Assembly: GCA_963797975.1 (NCBI GenBank)
Contig: CAWCRH010000006.1
Coordinates: 10,754-74,753 of the forward strand
Direction of reading: 5' to 3'
Length of the DNA: 64,000 bases
Source of the DNA: an uncultured Thermoplasmata archaeon
GTDB taxonomy: Archaea > Thermoplasmatota > Thermoplasmata > Lutacidiplasmatales > UBA184
Part shown: one piece after another, positions 1-10,448 of the stretch
Layout of the letters: each line of letters starts with the position of its first letter
How positions within the stretch are numbered: position 1 is the stretch's first letter
Position numbers and translations under genes: made by a program
The notes under the pieces: generated by a model
The model's database searches: none
Told to the model about the DNA's origin: nothing
Seen by the model: the letters and a program-made list of their open reading frames with translations, nothing else

Positions 1-57
1 ACGCTTGGGGGTCGCCTCGAGCTTTCCGAAGACCTCGGCGAGCTCAAGGAACCTCAT
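1..57 (-). CDS. lig: Probable ATP-dependent DNA ligase, N-terminal fragment (runs off window)
   Basis: Manual translation from ATG at 57 gives MRFLELAEVFGKLEATPKR, resembling archaeal DNA ligase N-termini; only 19 codons visible. Confidence 0.55.
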   Translation of the reverse strand, partial: MRFLELAEVFGKLEATPKR

Positions 58-751
58 CGGACCTTCCTTCGTCGACCGCCGTGCGCAGGGCGTGAAGGTT
101 CTCCTCGACTTGACCGTCGGCAAAGACTGAATTCCCACAGACGAAGAACGTAGCGCCCGCCCGTGCGGTGGCGCGCGCAACGTCGAGGGTGACTCCGCCA
201 TCGATGGCCAGCTCAACCGCGCAACTGCGCCGGTCGAGCTCGGCGCGGGCCGACGCGACCTGGCTCAGCGCTTCGGGGAGGAACGTCTGTCCGGAGAAGC
301 CGGGCCGTACCCCCATGATCATGAGCTCATCCAGCCGGTCGAGCCAGGGGCCGGCTTTCGCGAACGGCGTCTCGGGCCGCAGCGCGAGGCCCACGGCGCT
401 CCCCAGCGCGCGAACGGCGCGGAGCACCTCCTCGGTCGGGTCCTCGGACTCCAGGTGGACGACGAGCGTGTCGCCCCCGGCCCGGTGGAAGGCGTCCACG
501 TAAGAAAGCGGATGGGAGATCATCAGGTGGACGTCCAGGGGGAGCCGGGTCCGACGGCGGACCGCGCTCACGAGCGCAGGCCCGAAGGAGATGTTCGGGA
601 CGAAGTGACCGTCCATCACATCGAGGTGGAGCGCGTCGGCCCCTCCGGCTTCCGCTCGTCGGATCGCGGTCACGAGGTCGGAAAAGTCCGCGCTCAGGAG
701 CGACGGCGCGAGCCGGGCCGGGCGGGACGTGCGGGACACGGAGGCGCCCAT
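44..751 (-). CDS. rpe: Ribulose-phosphate 3-epimerase
   Basis: APSLLSADF, HLDVMDGHFVPN, DVHLM and IDGG motifs. Confidence 0.95.
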   Translation of the reverse strand: MGASVSRTSRPARLAPSLLSADFSDLVTAIRRAEAGGADALHLDVMDGHFVPNISFGPALVSAVRRRTRLPLDVHLMISHPLSYVDAFHRAGGDTLVVHLESEDPTEEVLRAVRALGSAVGLALRPETPFAKAGPWLDRLDELMIMGVRPGFSGQTFLPEALSQVASARAELDRRSCAVELAIDGGVTLDVARATARAGATFFVCGNSVFADGQVEENLHALRTAVDEGRSDEVP

Positions 752-803
752 CGGTGGGCGGTATAAGATGCCGTCTGCTCCCTTCAGGTGAAGGAGCTCC
801 GCG

Positions 804-1280
804 TTACAGGAACTCCTTCGGGTCCACCGCGTCCGGTTGATTGGCGAAGGTCACGTCCCGACGGGCCAACACGGCCTCCGGGGTCCATCGCCCGTACTTA
901 ACCGGACGGGTCCACGTCGGACGGAACTCTCGCCTCCTCGGACGGGGAGCGTCTGGGTCCGGCCGGTACCATAGGTACTGGAACAGGAGGAACTCGAAGT
1001 AGACCGCGGCGACCAGGGAGAGGACCAGCCCGAGGGAGCTCCCGGCCACGACCCAGAGCGCAGCGACCCAGCTGTCGAGCACGAGGAACGCAATCACGAG
1101 CCACCACTTGAACGCCTGGAAATAGAGCCAGTCGCTCCAGGAGGCTCCCGGCTCTTGGAGCGCGCGCCGCTTATCCTCAGCAATCGCCTCGATCCGTTCG
1201 CGGGTCGCTTCGTCGAACTCGGGCGGGTTCTCGGGACCGGGAGGTCGGGGTGCATCGGAAGGGTGGAGGACCGACGCCAT
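804..1280 (-). CDS. Hypothetical membrane protein (2 TM)
   Basis: Two hydrophobic segments; co-oriented at end of opp operon. Confidence 0.7.
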   Translation of the reverse strand: MASVLHPSDAPRPPGPENPPEFDEATRERIEAIAEDKRRALQEPGASWSDWLYFQAFKWWLVIAFLVLDSWVAALWVVAGSSLGLVLSLVAAVYFEFLLFQYLWYRPDPDAPRPRRREFRPTWTRPVKYGRWTPEAVLARRDVTFANQPDAVDPKEFL

Positions 1281-1295
1281 CGGTTCACGCCCGGC

Positions 1296-2513
1296 CTAGC
1301 CGGCGACCAGCGGCGTCGCCGTTGGGTCGGCCGCCGCTCCGTTCGATTCGGAGGAGGTCGCGGGCGAGGTCGCTCCGCTGGGACCTGGGTACAGATGGCA
1401 AGCGACCCAATGCTGAGGACGGACCTCGATGAGCGGGGGCTCGACCTTGGAGCAGACCGGCATCACCGCCGGGCACCGCGTATGGAACCGGCACCCGGGC
1501 GGCGGCGCCGCCGGGCTCGGCACGTCCCCTGAGAGAACGATGCGCTCGCGCTTGAGGTCGGGGTCGGGGATCGGGATCGCGGAAAGCAGCGCCTGCGTGT
1601 AGGGGTGCAGCGGACGGGCGAAGAGCTGGGGGGTCGGCGCGCGTTCGACGGCCTTCCCGAGGTACATCACCACGACCCGGTGGCTCACCGCTCGCACGAC
1701 GCTCAAGTGGTGGGAAATGAACAGGTAGGCGAGCCGCTGCTCCGCCTGGAGGCGCTTCAGGATGTTCAAGATCTGGGCTTGCACCGAGACGTCGAGCGCG
1801 CTCGTCGGCTCGTCCAGCACGATGAACTCGGGGCGGAGCGCGAGCGCCCGCGCGATGCCGATGCGCTGGCGTTGCCCACCGGAGAACTCGTGGGGGAACC
1901 GCCATTCGTGCTCCGGGTTCAAGCCCACCTCGCGCAGGAGCTGCTGGACCCGACGGTAGCGTTCTCCCCGCGTTCCCGCGTGGTTGATCTCGAGGGGCTC
2001 TGCGATGATGTCGCGGACTAGCATCCGCGGGCTCAGGGAGCTGAACGGGTCCTGGAAGACGATCTGAAGACGCCCGCGCAATTGGCGGAGCCGACGCCCG
2101 CTCATGCGGTAGAGCGAGTATTGGTCCGCGATCTCATCCAGCTCCTTCAACCGCGCCTGGGCGTCGGGCGATTGCGCCCGAACTGCCAGGTTCTCGGAGT
2201 TCCCCGCCTCAAGCTGCCGATAGATCTCATCGAGCCGCGTTATGACCTCGGGCGGGGGGCGGTGAAAGACATGGCCGCTCGTCGGTTCGACCAGACGGAG
2301 GAGCAGCCGGCCCATCGTCGTCTTGCCGCACCCCGACTCGCCGACCAGCCCGACGGTCTCCGCCTCGGAGACATCGAAGCTGACGCCATCCACGGCCCGG
2401 ACGTCCCCGATGTGCGTCGAAAATAATCCACCGCGGATGGGGAAATACTTGCGGACGTTGTGGGCTGAAAGGACCACCCGGCTTGAGCCCTGTTGGTCTC
2501 CGGTCGGCCCCAA
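1296..2513 (-). CDS. oppF: Oligopeptide/dipeptide ABC transporter ATPase (OppF/DppF-like)
   Basis: [26 protein letters not shown]-terminal GCRFHTRC...WVACH. Confidence 0.93.
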   Translation of the reverse strand: MGPTGDQQGSSRVVLSAHNVRKYFPIRGGLFSTHIGDVRAVDGVSFDVSEAETVGLVGESGCGKTTMGRLLLRLVEPTSGHVFHRPPPEVITRLDEIYRQLEAGNSENLAVRAQSPDAQARLKELDEIADQYSLYRMSGRRLRQLRGRLQIVFQDPFSSLSPRMLVRDIIAEPLEINHAGTRGERYRRVQQLLREVGLNPEHEWRFPHEFSGGQRQRIGIARALALRPEFIVLDEPTSALDVSVQAQILNILKRLQAEQRLAYLFISHHLSVVRAVSHRVVVMYLGKAVERAPTPQLFARPLHPYTQALLSAIPIPDPDLKRERIVLSGDVPSPAAPPPGCRFHTRCPAVMPVCSKVEPPLIEVRPQHWVACHLYPGPSGATSPATSSESNGAAADPTATPLVAG

Positions 2514-2520
2514 GGTCTCC

Positions 2521-4143
2521 CTATTCGGGGGCGACCGGTCCCTTGTATAAATAGCAGGCGACCACGTGGCCCGGACCCTCTAACGTGGTCGGGGGCCGCG
2601 CTTCCTTGCACACCGGCATCGCGTACGGGCAGCGGGGGTGAAAACGGCAACCGCTCGGGGGGTTGATGAGGTTCGGCACGGACCCCGGGATCGAGGTGAG
2701 CTCGCGTTCGGGCTGGTCGATCCGTGGGATCGACGCCAACAGTCCTTGCGCGTAAGGGTGCAGCGGTCGCGAGTAGATCTCGCGCACAGGGCCGGATTCA
2801 ACGATCTGGCCGGCGTACATGACACAGACACGGTCGGCGACCTCGGCGATCACAGCTAGGTCGTGCGTGATGAGGAGGATCGCCGAGCCGATGCGGTGCT
2901 TCAGGTCGCGCATCAGTTCCAGGATCTGGGCTTGTACCGTCACGTCGAGCGCGGTGGTGGGTTCGTCGGCGATGAGAAGGTCGGGGTCGGGGGAGAGGGC
3001 CATCGCAATCATCACGCGCTGGAGCATGCCACCGGAGAGCTCGTGCGGGTAGCCCCGCGCGACCAGGACCGGGTTGGCGATCGAGACCCCCTCAAGGGCG
3101 GTGACGACCCGCCAGAAGAGCTCGTTCTTGAGCACGCGCTGCATCCGACCGCGGATCCCCCAGACGTCGAAGTAGAAGTGGCGGTATCGATCCAGCCTCT
3201 TCTGGGCCAGCAAGTGGTTCCTCGCGCTCGGTCGCGCCTGGCCCGTCCGCATCTCCTCGATGTAGACCTGGTGGAGCTTGCGGTCGAGCGCGAGGAGGCG
3301 GCTACGGTACGAGAGATAGGAACGTTGGGCCCCGGAGAGGCGGAAGCGAGCAAGGGCGTGGAGGATCTGCGACTTGAGCTGGGCCGAGCGCGGCCCCGCG
3401 GCACGGGCCAGGTAGTAGGCCTCCGTAGCGACGGCCGGAGCCCGGGCCGCCGCGCCGACGGCGTTGGCCGCGGCCCGGATATCGGTAGGGGAGCCGTCGG
3501 CCGCGGCGTTCGCGAGGATTTCGATCGCCGGGCGGACGCCCGACGCGTTCGGCGTCGCCTTGAGCATCTCATCGATGATGACGCGCCCCCGGTGAAGGAG
3601 CAGCGCCTCCCCGAGCTGGTCGGCGACCGAGAAGATCGGGTTCATCGCCTGGCTCGGCTCTTGGAAGATCATCCCGATGCCGCTGCCTCGGACCGCGGTC
3701 ATGCGTTCGTTCGCGGCCTTGACGCGACGGAACCAACGCTTGACCTTCATGCGCTGGGTCTTCGGGTTGAACTGGTAGCGGGCCTCCTTGTCGAGCCCCC
3801 AGAGGAGGTTCGCGCCGCGGAACCAGACCTCCCCCTCGATGATCCGTCCGGGCGGGTCGGGAATGAGTCGGGTGATCGAGAACGCCGTTACGCTCTTTCC
3901 GCATCCGGTCTCGCCGACCAACCCGAGGGTCTCTCCCCGACTGATCTTGAAGGAGACGCCATCGATCGCGCGAACGACGCCGTTGTACGTGAAGAAGAAG
4001 GTCCGTAGACCTTTGACGACCAACACCTCCTCGCCTTCGGGGCGAGATTCCGCCGAACCCATCACCCCGTCGGCCGCGGAGGGAACCAGCGGCGGGGCCG
4101 ACGGTCCGGTGACCGCTTCCGGTCGACTGACGGCGGCCGCCAT
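2521..4143 (-). CDS. oppD: Oligopeptide/dipeptide ABC transporter ATPase (OppD/DppD-like) with large insertions
   Basis: [33 protein letters not shown]. Confidence 0.93.
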   Translation of the reverse strand: MAAAVSRPEAVTGPSAPPLVPSAADGVMGSAESRPEGEEVLVVKGLRTFFFTYNGVVRAIDGVSFKISRGETLGLVGETGCGKSVTAFSITRLIPDPPGRIIEGEVWFRGANLLWGLDKEARYQFNPKTQRMKVKRWFRRVKAANERMTAVRGSGIGMIFQEPSQAMNPIFSVADQLGEALLLHRGRVIIDEMLKATPNASGVRPAIEILANAAADGSPTDIRAAANAVGAAARAPAVATEAYYLARAAGPRSAQLKSQILHALARFRLSGAQRSYLSYRSRLLALDRKLHQVYIEEMRTGQARPSARNHLLAQKRLDRYRHFYFDVWGIRGRMQRVLKNELFWRVVTALEGVSIANPVLVARGYPHELSGGMLQRVMIAMALSPDPDLLIADEPTTALDVTVQAQILELMRDLKHRIGSAILLITHDLAVIAEVADRVCVMYAGQIVESGPVREIYSRPLHPYAQGLLASIPRIDQPERELTSIPGSVPNLINPPSGCRFHPRCPYAMPVCKEARPPTTLEGPGHVVACYLYKGPVAPE

Positions 4144-4153
4144 GGTCCTCTCC

Positions 4154-5269
4154 CTACCTCCTCAACCTCGGGTCGAGCGCGTCGCGAAGGCCATCGGAGA
4201 AGAAGTTCACGCTAATCGCGAAGAAGAAGAGCATGAGGCCGGGGAAGAGGATCTGCCACCACGGCAACACGCACGCCCCGACGGTGCACGCGTTGAAGAT
4301 GGCGTCGAACTGATTGACCGAATACGCAGAGAGCGAGCCCCATTCAGGGAAGACTTGGATCGTGGACAGGCCGAACAGGTTGAATCCGAGGAACGCGAGC
4401 GCCCCGACCAACAGCGGTACCGTTCCGACGTCCAAGGACATCTGGATGAAGACGGGGTAGACGCTGTTCGGGATCACGTGGCGCGTTACGATCCGGCCCT
4501 TCCCTGCGCCGCTCGCCCGGGCCGCTTCGACGTACTTCTGCTCCCGCACGACGAGAACCTGACCTCGGACGATCCGTGCGTAGAACGGCCACCAGACGAC
4601 GATGAACGCCAGGATGAGCAACAGGACCCGCGAGCCTAGGATCGAGAACCCCGGAATGGTGAACGTCGTGAACACCGATACGGTGATGATCACGAAAAGG
4701 ATCTGCGGGATCGAGAGGAAGATGTCGACGAGACGCATCAGGGCCTCGTCCACCGCGCCACCCCAGAAGCCGGCGATGGCCCCGACGATAAGACCGATCA
4801 TCGCTCCCGCGACGACGATGGAGAAGGCGATGGTGAGGGACCAATCGGCGCCGCGTAAGATCCCTGAGAGCGTGTTGTAGAACTGGGACGCGACCGGCGT
4901 CTGGGCCAACGAACCTAACGGTAATGGTCCCGCCGTGCCCGCGGCGAAGGAGAGGGTTGGCGCGATGAACGAGGGGAAGTTAGGGTTGACCGCGAAGCAG
5001 TCCGGACCGGGAGCATGGCTGCCCGTATAGGTACAGACGAACGTGCACCCCGGCAGTTGAACCTCGCAGTAAGGGGTCATCTCGTTCCACGGGATCGGCA
5101 GGGTCGCCGCGTAGAGCGCCATGCCGATGAGGAACACCAGGATGCCGAGCCCGACCAGCGCGAGCGTGTTCCGCCGAAGGAAGTACCACGTTCGCTTGTA
5201 CTGGTCGATGCGCGGGTTCGGGCGACGACCGCGGGAGACAGGAGGAGGGGCCGGAGGAGGGGTCGCCAC
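4154..5269 (-). CDS. oppC: Peptide ABC transporter permease (OppC-like)
   Basis: YVEAARASGA EAA loop, DGLRDALDPR C-terminus, multiple TM. Confidence 0.92.
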   Translation of the reverse strand: MATPPPAPPPVSRGRRPNPRIDQYKRTWYFLRRNTLALVGLGILVFLIGMALYAATLPIPWNEMTPYCEVQLPGCTFVCTYTGSHAPGPDCFAVNPNFPSFIAPTLSFAAGTAGPLPLGSLAQTPVASQFYNTLSGILRGADWSLTIAFSIVVAGAMIGLIVGAIAGFWGGAVDEALMRLVDIFLSIPQILFVIITVSVFTTFTIPGFSILGSRVLLLILAFIVVWWPFYARIVRGQVLVVREQKYVEAARASGAGKGRIVTRHVIPNSVYPVFIQMSLDVGTVPLLVGALAFLGFNLFGLSTIQVFPEWGSLSAYSVNQFDAIFNACTVGACVLPWWQILFPGLMLFFFAISVNFFSDGLRDALDPRLRR

Positions 5270-5275
5270 GACGTT

Positions 5276-6529
5276 TCACCCCAGCCGAACCCGAGGGTCT
5301 AGGTAGGCGTAGAGCACGTCGACGATGATGTTGGCCGCGACCACGAGGAAGGTGAAGAGCAGCGTGGAGCCGAAAATGAGGGCGAAATCCTCTCCGTTCG
5401 GGAGCACCGCGTAGGTGATGATCAGACCGACGCCGTTCAGCTTGTAGACCGACTCGATGATGGGAAAGCCCCCGATGAAGAAGGCGAACGTAAGGCCCAG
5501 CACGGTGATCGTCACGTTCATCGAGTTGCGGCCGGCGTGGCGTTTGACCACCGTGGATTCTGGCACTCCCTTCGCGCGGGCGGTCCGGACGAAGTCGAGG
5601 TTCATCACTTCGAGCATGCTGTTACGCACGAACCGAAGGAGGATCGCGATCGAGCCGAAGGCGATCACGAGCGCGGGGAGGATCATCCGAACGAGCGTGT
5701 CGATGGCCAGCCACCAGTCGCCGTGGATCAGCGCGTCGACAGTGGGAAAGCCGGTCGGGTGACTGATGACACCGAGGGTGAGCCAGGCGGGATAATTGAA
5801 ATTCGCCGCACTGGCCCCCGGATAACTACACGAGCCAGGGGAAAGCACTGACGGCCAGGAGCCGGTCAGCTCCGAGAAGGCCGTCTCCCCGCTCGGGCAC
5901 CACGGGGTGTGCACGAGCGTGCCGGTCCCTAAGATGAGGACAAAGGCTAGCACGAGGAGCGTTCCTAACAGGAATGCGGGCAGCGCGAAGCCCGAGAACG
6001 ACATCACGCGCGCCGCCTGGTCGATCGGGCGATTACGGTAGACCGCGGAGAGGTTCCCAAGTGGGATGGCGATGATCAGGATGAGGAAGAGCGAGAGGAG
6101 GGCAAGCTCCAGGGTGTACGGAAGGAGCCACGACAGCACCGTGGAGACGGGCTGGCCCGAGATGAGACCGGCGAGGAACGATTGCTGTTCGGAACTATGG
6201 TTCGATACGAGACCCCACTGGAACGTGAAGCTGTGATAGATGTAGAGCGCCCATTGGATGAAGACCGGTTGATTGAGCCCTAAGGTCGGTGCGAGCGCTT
6301 CGAAGAGTGGGTTGTTGCACGTCCCGTTCGCGCCCGGGGTAATCTCGCTGCAGGGAATCGTCGGGTTGTAGGTGTGGATACTCCCGTGGATGGGCGGGGG
6401 GCCGAAATACGACTCGAGCTGCTGGGCCGGGCCGAGAGCGGTGACCAGGACAAAGGTGATGGTCATCACCCCGATGATAACGGGTACGAGGAGCGCGACG
6501 CGGCGAACGACGTACACCCACATCTTCAT
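5276..6529 (-). CDS. oppB: Peptide ABC transporter permease (OppB-like)
   Basis: DFVRTARAKG, DVLYAYLDPR; start set at ATG 6529 (MKMWVY). Confidence 0.92.
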   Translation of the reverse strand: MKMWVYVVRRVALLVPVIIGVMTITFVLVTALGPAQQLESYFGPPPIHGSIHTYNPTIPCSEITPGANGTCNNPLFEALAPTLGLNQPVFIQWALYIYHSFTFQWGLVSNHSSEQQSFLAGLISGQPVSTVLSWLLPYTLELALLSLFLILIIAIPLGNLSAVYRNRPIDQAARVMSFSGFALPAFLLGTLLVLAFVLILGTGTLVHTPWCPSGETAFSELTGSWPSVLSPGSCSYPGASAANFNYPAWLTLGVISHPTGFPTVDALIHGDWWLAIDTLVRMILPALVIAFGSIAILLRFVRNSMLEVMNLDFVRTARAKGVPESTVVKRHAGRNSMNVTITVLGLTFAFFIGGFPIIESVYKLNGVGLIITYAVLPNGEDFALIFGSTLLFTFLVVAANIIVDVLYAYLDPRVRLG

Positions 6530-6679
6530 GGGGTCCGCTCCGGTCGAGTCCAAGCTCGACGGGAGTTTGACCGTGTTCCCGGTATTTAGCTATTCGACGA
6601 GGACGGTCACCTCGGCTCGGGTCCGCCGCCCCAGGGTCGACCGAAGCGCTTCTACCCCCGATGCTCTCGCGGCCGTTCG

Positions 6680-7243
6680 ATGGTCGTGACCCACCGACCG
6701 TGGAACCAGATCGCTCTCACGGGGACACCGGGAACGGGGAAGAGCTCGGTCGCCGCCCTTCTCCCTCGACGATGGACCGTATGCGAGGTCGGGGAGCTTG
6801 CCATCGCGTCGGGGGCAGGTCGGCGGATCCGCGGTGGGGTCGAGATCGACCTTCCCCGGTTACGCCACGCTCTCTCCGCGCAGAAGCCTCCTTCCGCCCC
6901 CCGGGTCCTCGTGGGCCACCTGGCTCACCTCCTGCCGGTCGACGCCGCGGTCGTGTTGCGCTGTCATCCCCTGGAGCTCGAGCGTCGCCTAGCCCGGGCC
7001 CACCGTGGCTCATGGGCGGAGCGCCGGCAGAACGTCGCCGCGGAAGCGACGGACATCATCCTCGTGGAAGCGCTCGCCCAAGGCGTGACCGTCTGGGAGG
7101 TCGACACGACCGGTCGTCCGCCCCTCCAGGTCGCCGCTCGGGTCATCTTCCGCCTGCGAGCGAAGGGGCCCCCGCGCTACGGTGACATCGACTGGCTCGG
7201 CGACCCGACGGTGACCGAGCACCTTTTGGATGCGTGTCCCTAG
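6680..7243 (+). CDS. Archaeal adenylate kinase, AK6/Fap7 family
   Basis: GTPGTGKS P-loop, VGHLAH, LRCHP...LERRL, EVDTT. Confidence 0.85.
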   Translation: MVVTHRPWNQIALTGTPGTGKSSVAALLPRRWTVCEVGELAIASGAGRRIRGGVEIDLPRLRHALSAQKPPSAPRVLVGHLAHLLPVDAAVVLRCHPLELERRLARAHRGSWAERRQNVAAEATDIILVEALAQGVTVWEVDTTGRPPLQVAARVIFRLRAKGPPRYGDIDWLGDPTVTEHLLDACP

Positions 7244-7252
7244 GGGGGACGG

Positions 7253-7918
7253 ATGGTGCTGGAAGGACTGCGCCAGCGCCTCGGCCCTTACCTCGAGCGG
7301 ATCTCCCGTCCGTGGATGAAGTGGGACCCCAACCGCATCAGCTGGCTCGCCTTCTCGCTGCTCGTCATAGCGGCAGTTCTAGCCGCCCTCGTCCGCTGGA
7401 CGACCCCGCTCCTCTTCCTGCCCGTGGCGGCCCTCATTTTCGTCGGAGGCACATTAGATGTGATCGACGGCGAGGTCGCTCGGAGGACCCACCGCACTTC
7501 GGTGCGCGGCGACCTCCTCGACCATGTCCTCGACCGCTATGGGGACGTGCTGATCCTCATCGGAATCGCGATCTCCGGCTACGCGAGCCCGCTTCTCGCG
7601 CTGCTCGCGCTGGTGAGCTTGCTCTTGACGAGCTACATGGGCACGCAGGCTCAGGCAGTGGGACAGGGGCGCATGTACTCCGGCCTCCTCAGCCGAGCGG
7701 ACCGGCTCGTCCTCCTCAGCCTCGCGACGTTGCTGGAGTTCCTCTGGTGTTTGCCGTGGCCATGGGCCCCGACCGAACCCTGGTCGCACTTCGGGCTCTA
7801 CGGCGTCTCCTTCACGGTCATCGACGTCGTGCTCGTCTACTTCGTCATCGCCGGTCAGTGGACGGCCTACGCTCGGGCCCGTCGGACCTATCGGAGCCTG
7901 GGGCCGAGCCCTCCGTAG
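7253..7918 (+). CDS. CDP-alcohol phosphatidyltransferase
   Basis: DVIDGEVAR...GDLLDHVLDRYGD signature. Confidence 0.92.
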   Translation: MVLEGLRQRLGPYLERISRPWMKWDPNRISWLAFSLLVIAAVLAALVRWTTPLLFLPVAALIFVGGTLDVIDGEVARRTHRTSVRGDLLDHVLDRYGDVLILIGIAISGYASPLLALLALVSLLLTSYMGTQAQAVGQGRMYSGLLSRADRLVLLSLATLLEFLWCLPWPWAPTEPWSHFGLYGVSFTVIDVVLVYFVIAGQWTAYARARRTYRSLGPSPP

Positions 7919-9027
7919 CCCCCTCCGTCCGCGTCTCCATCACCCAGCCCCCGCGTAGCCGGTAGTACCTGGAGGGGGTGGCGGAGGGTCGGCTCGAAGC
8001 AGAGCGGGTCGCGTCCGCGGTCGCTCGGGCTGGGTGCGCTGGGGTCCCCTTCCCGGAAACACAGACCGTGGCTTCGAAGCGTGGCGCACTCCGGTGGCTC
8101 GTAGCCGCGCCCGTCGTCCCGCTGCGTGATGTGCTCGACCTGGTAGCGCGTGATCGATTCATCGAAGTCGGGAGCTCCCCGATAGGCATCCACGATCGTC
8201 TCGGAGTCCGCCCCCGCGCGATGGAGGAACGACGCGAGGGCGAACCGGCCCGAGTGCGAGAGGTTCTCCCCCGCTTCCAGCATCCGCCGCATCTTGCGAA
8301 TGCACGGAGGGAATCGGTCGGGCTGAAGCGGGCGCGCCCCCGCACCACCCCGCGCGACCGGTAGCGGCGTCCGTCGCGCGATCTCGTCCAGGAGGTCGCG
8401 CTCCCTCTCGCGGATCCCCTGAGCGAGCGCTGGTTCGACGGCGCGGGGGCGGGCGAGATCTAGACGGACCGCCTCCTGGAGGAGGCGGGCTGCACGAAGA
8501 CGGGGGAGCTCGACCGAACCGTCCTTAACCGGCTGGGCCGCGAGCCGAAAGTCGGCCTCGCGGATCGGAACGGAGAGCCGAACGTAATCGACCAGGTCGA
8601 TCCGAACGCGGTCACCCGCTCGCTCCTCCAAGGGGAAGCCGAGCTGGTGCCCGACCTCGAGAAGGTCGGACAGCGAGGCGCTCGCAAGACGGCGGTAGGC
8701 GCGTTTCGCTTCCGAGACCGCCCACCGCCGTAGCCCCGCGGCCGAAGGAGCGCTGGAGAGGACAAGCCGAGCGTAGAGGAAGGAGAGATATCGCTCCTCG
8801 GGGCTCGCGTGCGAGTCTTCCTCGACCGGTGTCGTTCCTCTGGGGTCGTCCGCTCCGGCGAGCGCGCGCGCTCGTGCTAGGGACCGGGGGCGTTCGAGCG
8901 CGGGGGCCTCCAATAGGTCGCGGATGGACAGATGCATCTCAGCGACCAATTGGTCGGCCCCCGGCAGGAAGGGGTACTCCCCCCAGAGCCCCGCGCGGTC
9001 TACAGGCGCGGTACCACGAACTGCCAT
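7845..9027 (-). CDS. priL: DNA primase large subunit (probable frameshift near 7968)
   Basis: YPFL, FPPC, LSHSGRF, YQVEHI, YEPPECATL Fe-S domain; removing one G restores HPLQYY. Confidence 0.9.
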
Positions 9028-10340
9028 AGGATCAGTACCACAACGAGCATCGATGAGGCGATGGCGGCGGAGCCGGCGAACCGATCGACCCGCGCCGCAT
9101 CCCACCCTTTCTTCAGCCGGGCGGTGATGGAGGCGACGAAGTCGCGGACGAGCAGACCGCCGTCGAGCGGGATCAGCGGAAGGGCGTTAGAGGCCCCGAG
9201 CAAGAAGTTCATCCACGCGAACCAGTATAGGAGGTTGAGCCCGATCCAGTTCCAGCCGGGGTCCGTGGCACCCAGCGGCCCCGTGAAGTGGAAGAACTGC
9301 TGAGGCGCTCCAGAGATCGGCTCCAGGCCGGCGATCGGCAGGACCAGCCAGTTGACGGCTCCGGTCAGAGGCGACGAGGTGCTCCCGAACGGATTGACGA
9401 GCGTCGCCTGAAGTTGGCTCGGGGTAAGATAGGAGAGGCTTACGCCCAGGAAGGCCTTGGTGGGATCGCCCGGCGCGCTCGTGAGGTTCACCGGTTGGGT
9501 GACGAGGCTTCCTCCGGAGGCCGAGTAGAAGGCCACGCTCACGGTTTCGCCCGGGTGGGCCTCGTCGAGGGCGTTCACCAGCGAAGGGTAGTCGGGGGTC
9601 GGTGTTCCGTTCACAGAGGTGATGATGTCCCCGGAGGCGATCGTCGCGTTCTGGGCGGGGTACCCGCTCACGACCCCGACCACGCCGACCCCGTTCGCAT
9701 TCGGCGCGATGGACGAGGCGACGATGGCGCTGAGCGCCACGAAAAAGACGACGGTGAGCATGAAGTTCGCGAGGACGCCGGCCGCGGCCACGCGGTCGCG
9801 CCGACGTCGGTCGGCCTTCTCCATGTCCTGGTCGTCCTGCTCAACGAACGCCCCGACGGGGACGACGCACCAGAGGATGCCAAGCGACTTCACCCCGATC
9901 TTCTGCGAACGGGCTACGAACCCGTGGAAGAGCTCATGGAGGACGACCCCGACCACGAGCGCCACGATCCCGTAGCCGATGGGAATGATCGGATTGATCC
10001 CGGGGATCCCGAGGGCCTCCTGGACCGACGGGGCCTGGCTCGCGCTGATCCGAAACGAGACGACCGCGTCGATCAACAGCAGCACGATCATCGCGACCAT
10101 CGCGACGGCAGCGAGGACGATCGCGAGGTCCCCCGCGACCGACCAGAACCGCTTGTGTTGCCCGACCCGGTCGATGATCTCCCGCCCCTTCTTCGTCTTG
10201 ATCATCAGGGCGGGCCCGAACAGCGAGAGGGTTCGGTCCCTACCGATGAAGCCCCCACGCCATAGGACGTAAACCACGACCGCGTAGGCGAGGACGACGA
10301 AGCCGGCGATCACCCAGCCGTTCAGCAGTATCGACGCCAC
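9000..10340 (-). CDS. Site-2 (M50) intramembrane metalloprotease with PDZ domain
   Basis: HELFH, GAFVE, NALPLIPLDGG. Confidence 0.92.
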   Translation of the reverse strand: MASILLNGWVIAGFVVLAYAVVVYVLWRGGFIGRDRTLSLFGPALMIKTKKGREIIDRVGQHKRFWSVAGDLAIVLAAVAMVAMIVLLLIDAVVSFRISASQAPSVQEALGIPGINPIIPIGYGIVALVVGVVLHELFHGFVARSQKIGVKSLGILWCVVPVGAFVEQDDQDMEKADRRRRDRVAAAGVLANFMLTVVFFVALSAIVASSIAPNANGVGVVGVVSGYPAQNATIASGDIITSVNGTPTPDYPSLVNALDEAHPGETVSVAFYSASGGSLVTQPVNLTSAPGDPTKAFLGVSLSYLTPSQLQATLVNPFGSTSSPLTGAVNWLVLPIAGLEPISGAPQQFFHFTGPLGATDPGWNWIGLNLLYWFAWMNFLLGASNALPLIPLDGGLLVRDFVASITARLKKGWDAARVDRFAGSAAIASSMLVVVLILWQFVVPRL

Positions 10341-10448
10341 GCGAGACCTGCCCGTTCGGAGCCCGCTCGGCTTAAGAGTTCTAGGGCGCGCCCGGCGCTC
10401 GCGGACGATGGCGGAAGGAAATCGCGGCGCGCGGGCCGCGCGGACGCC

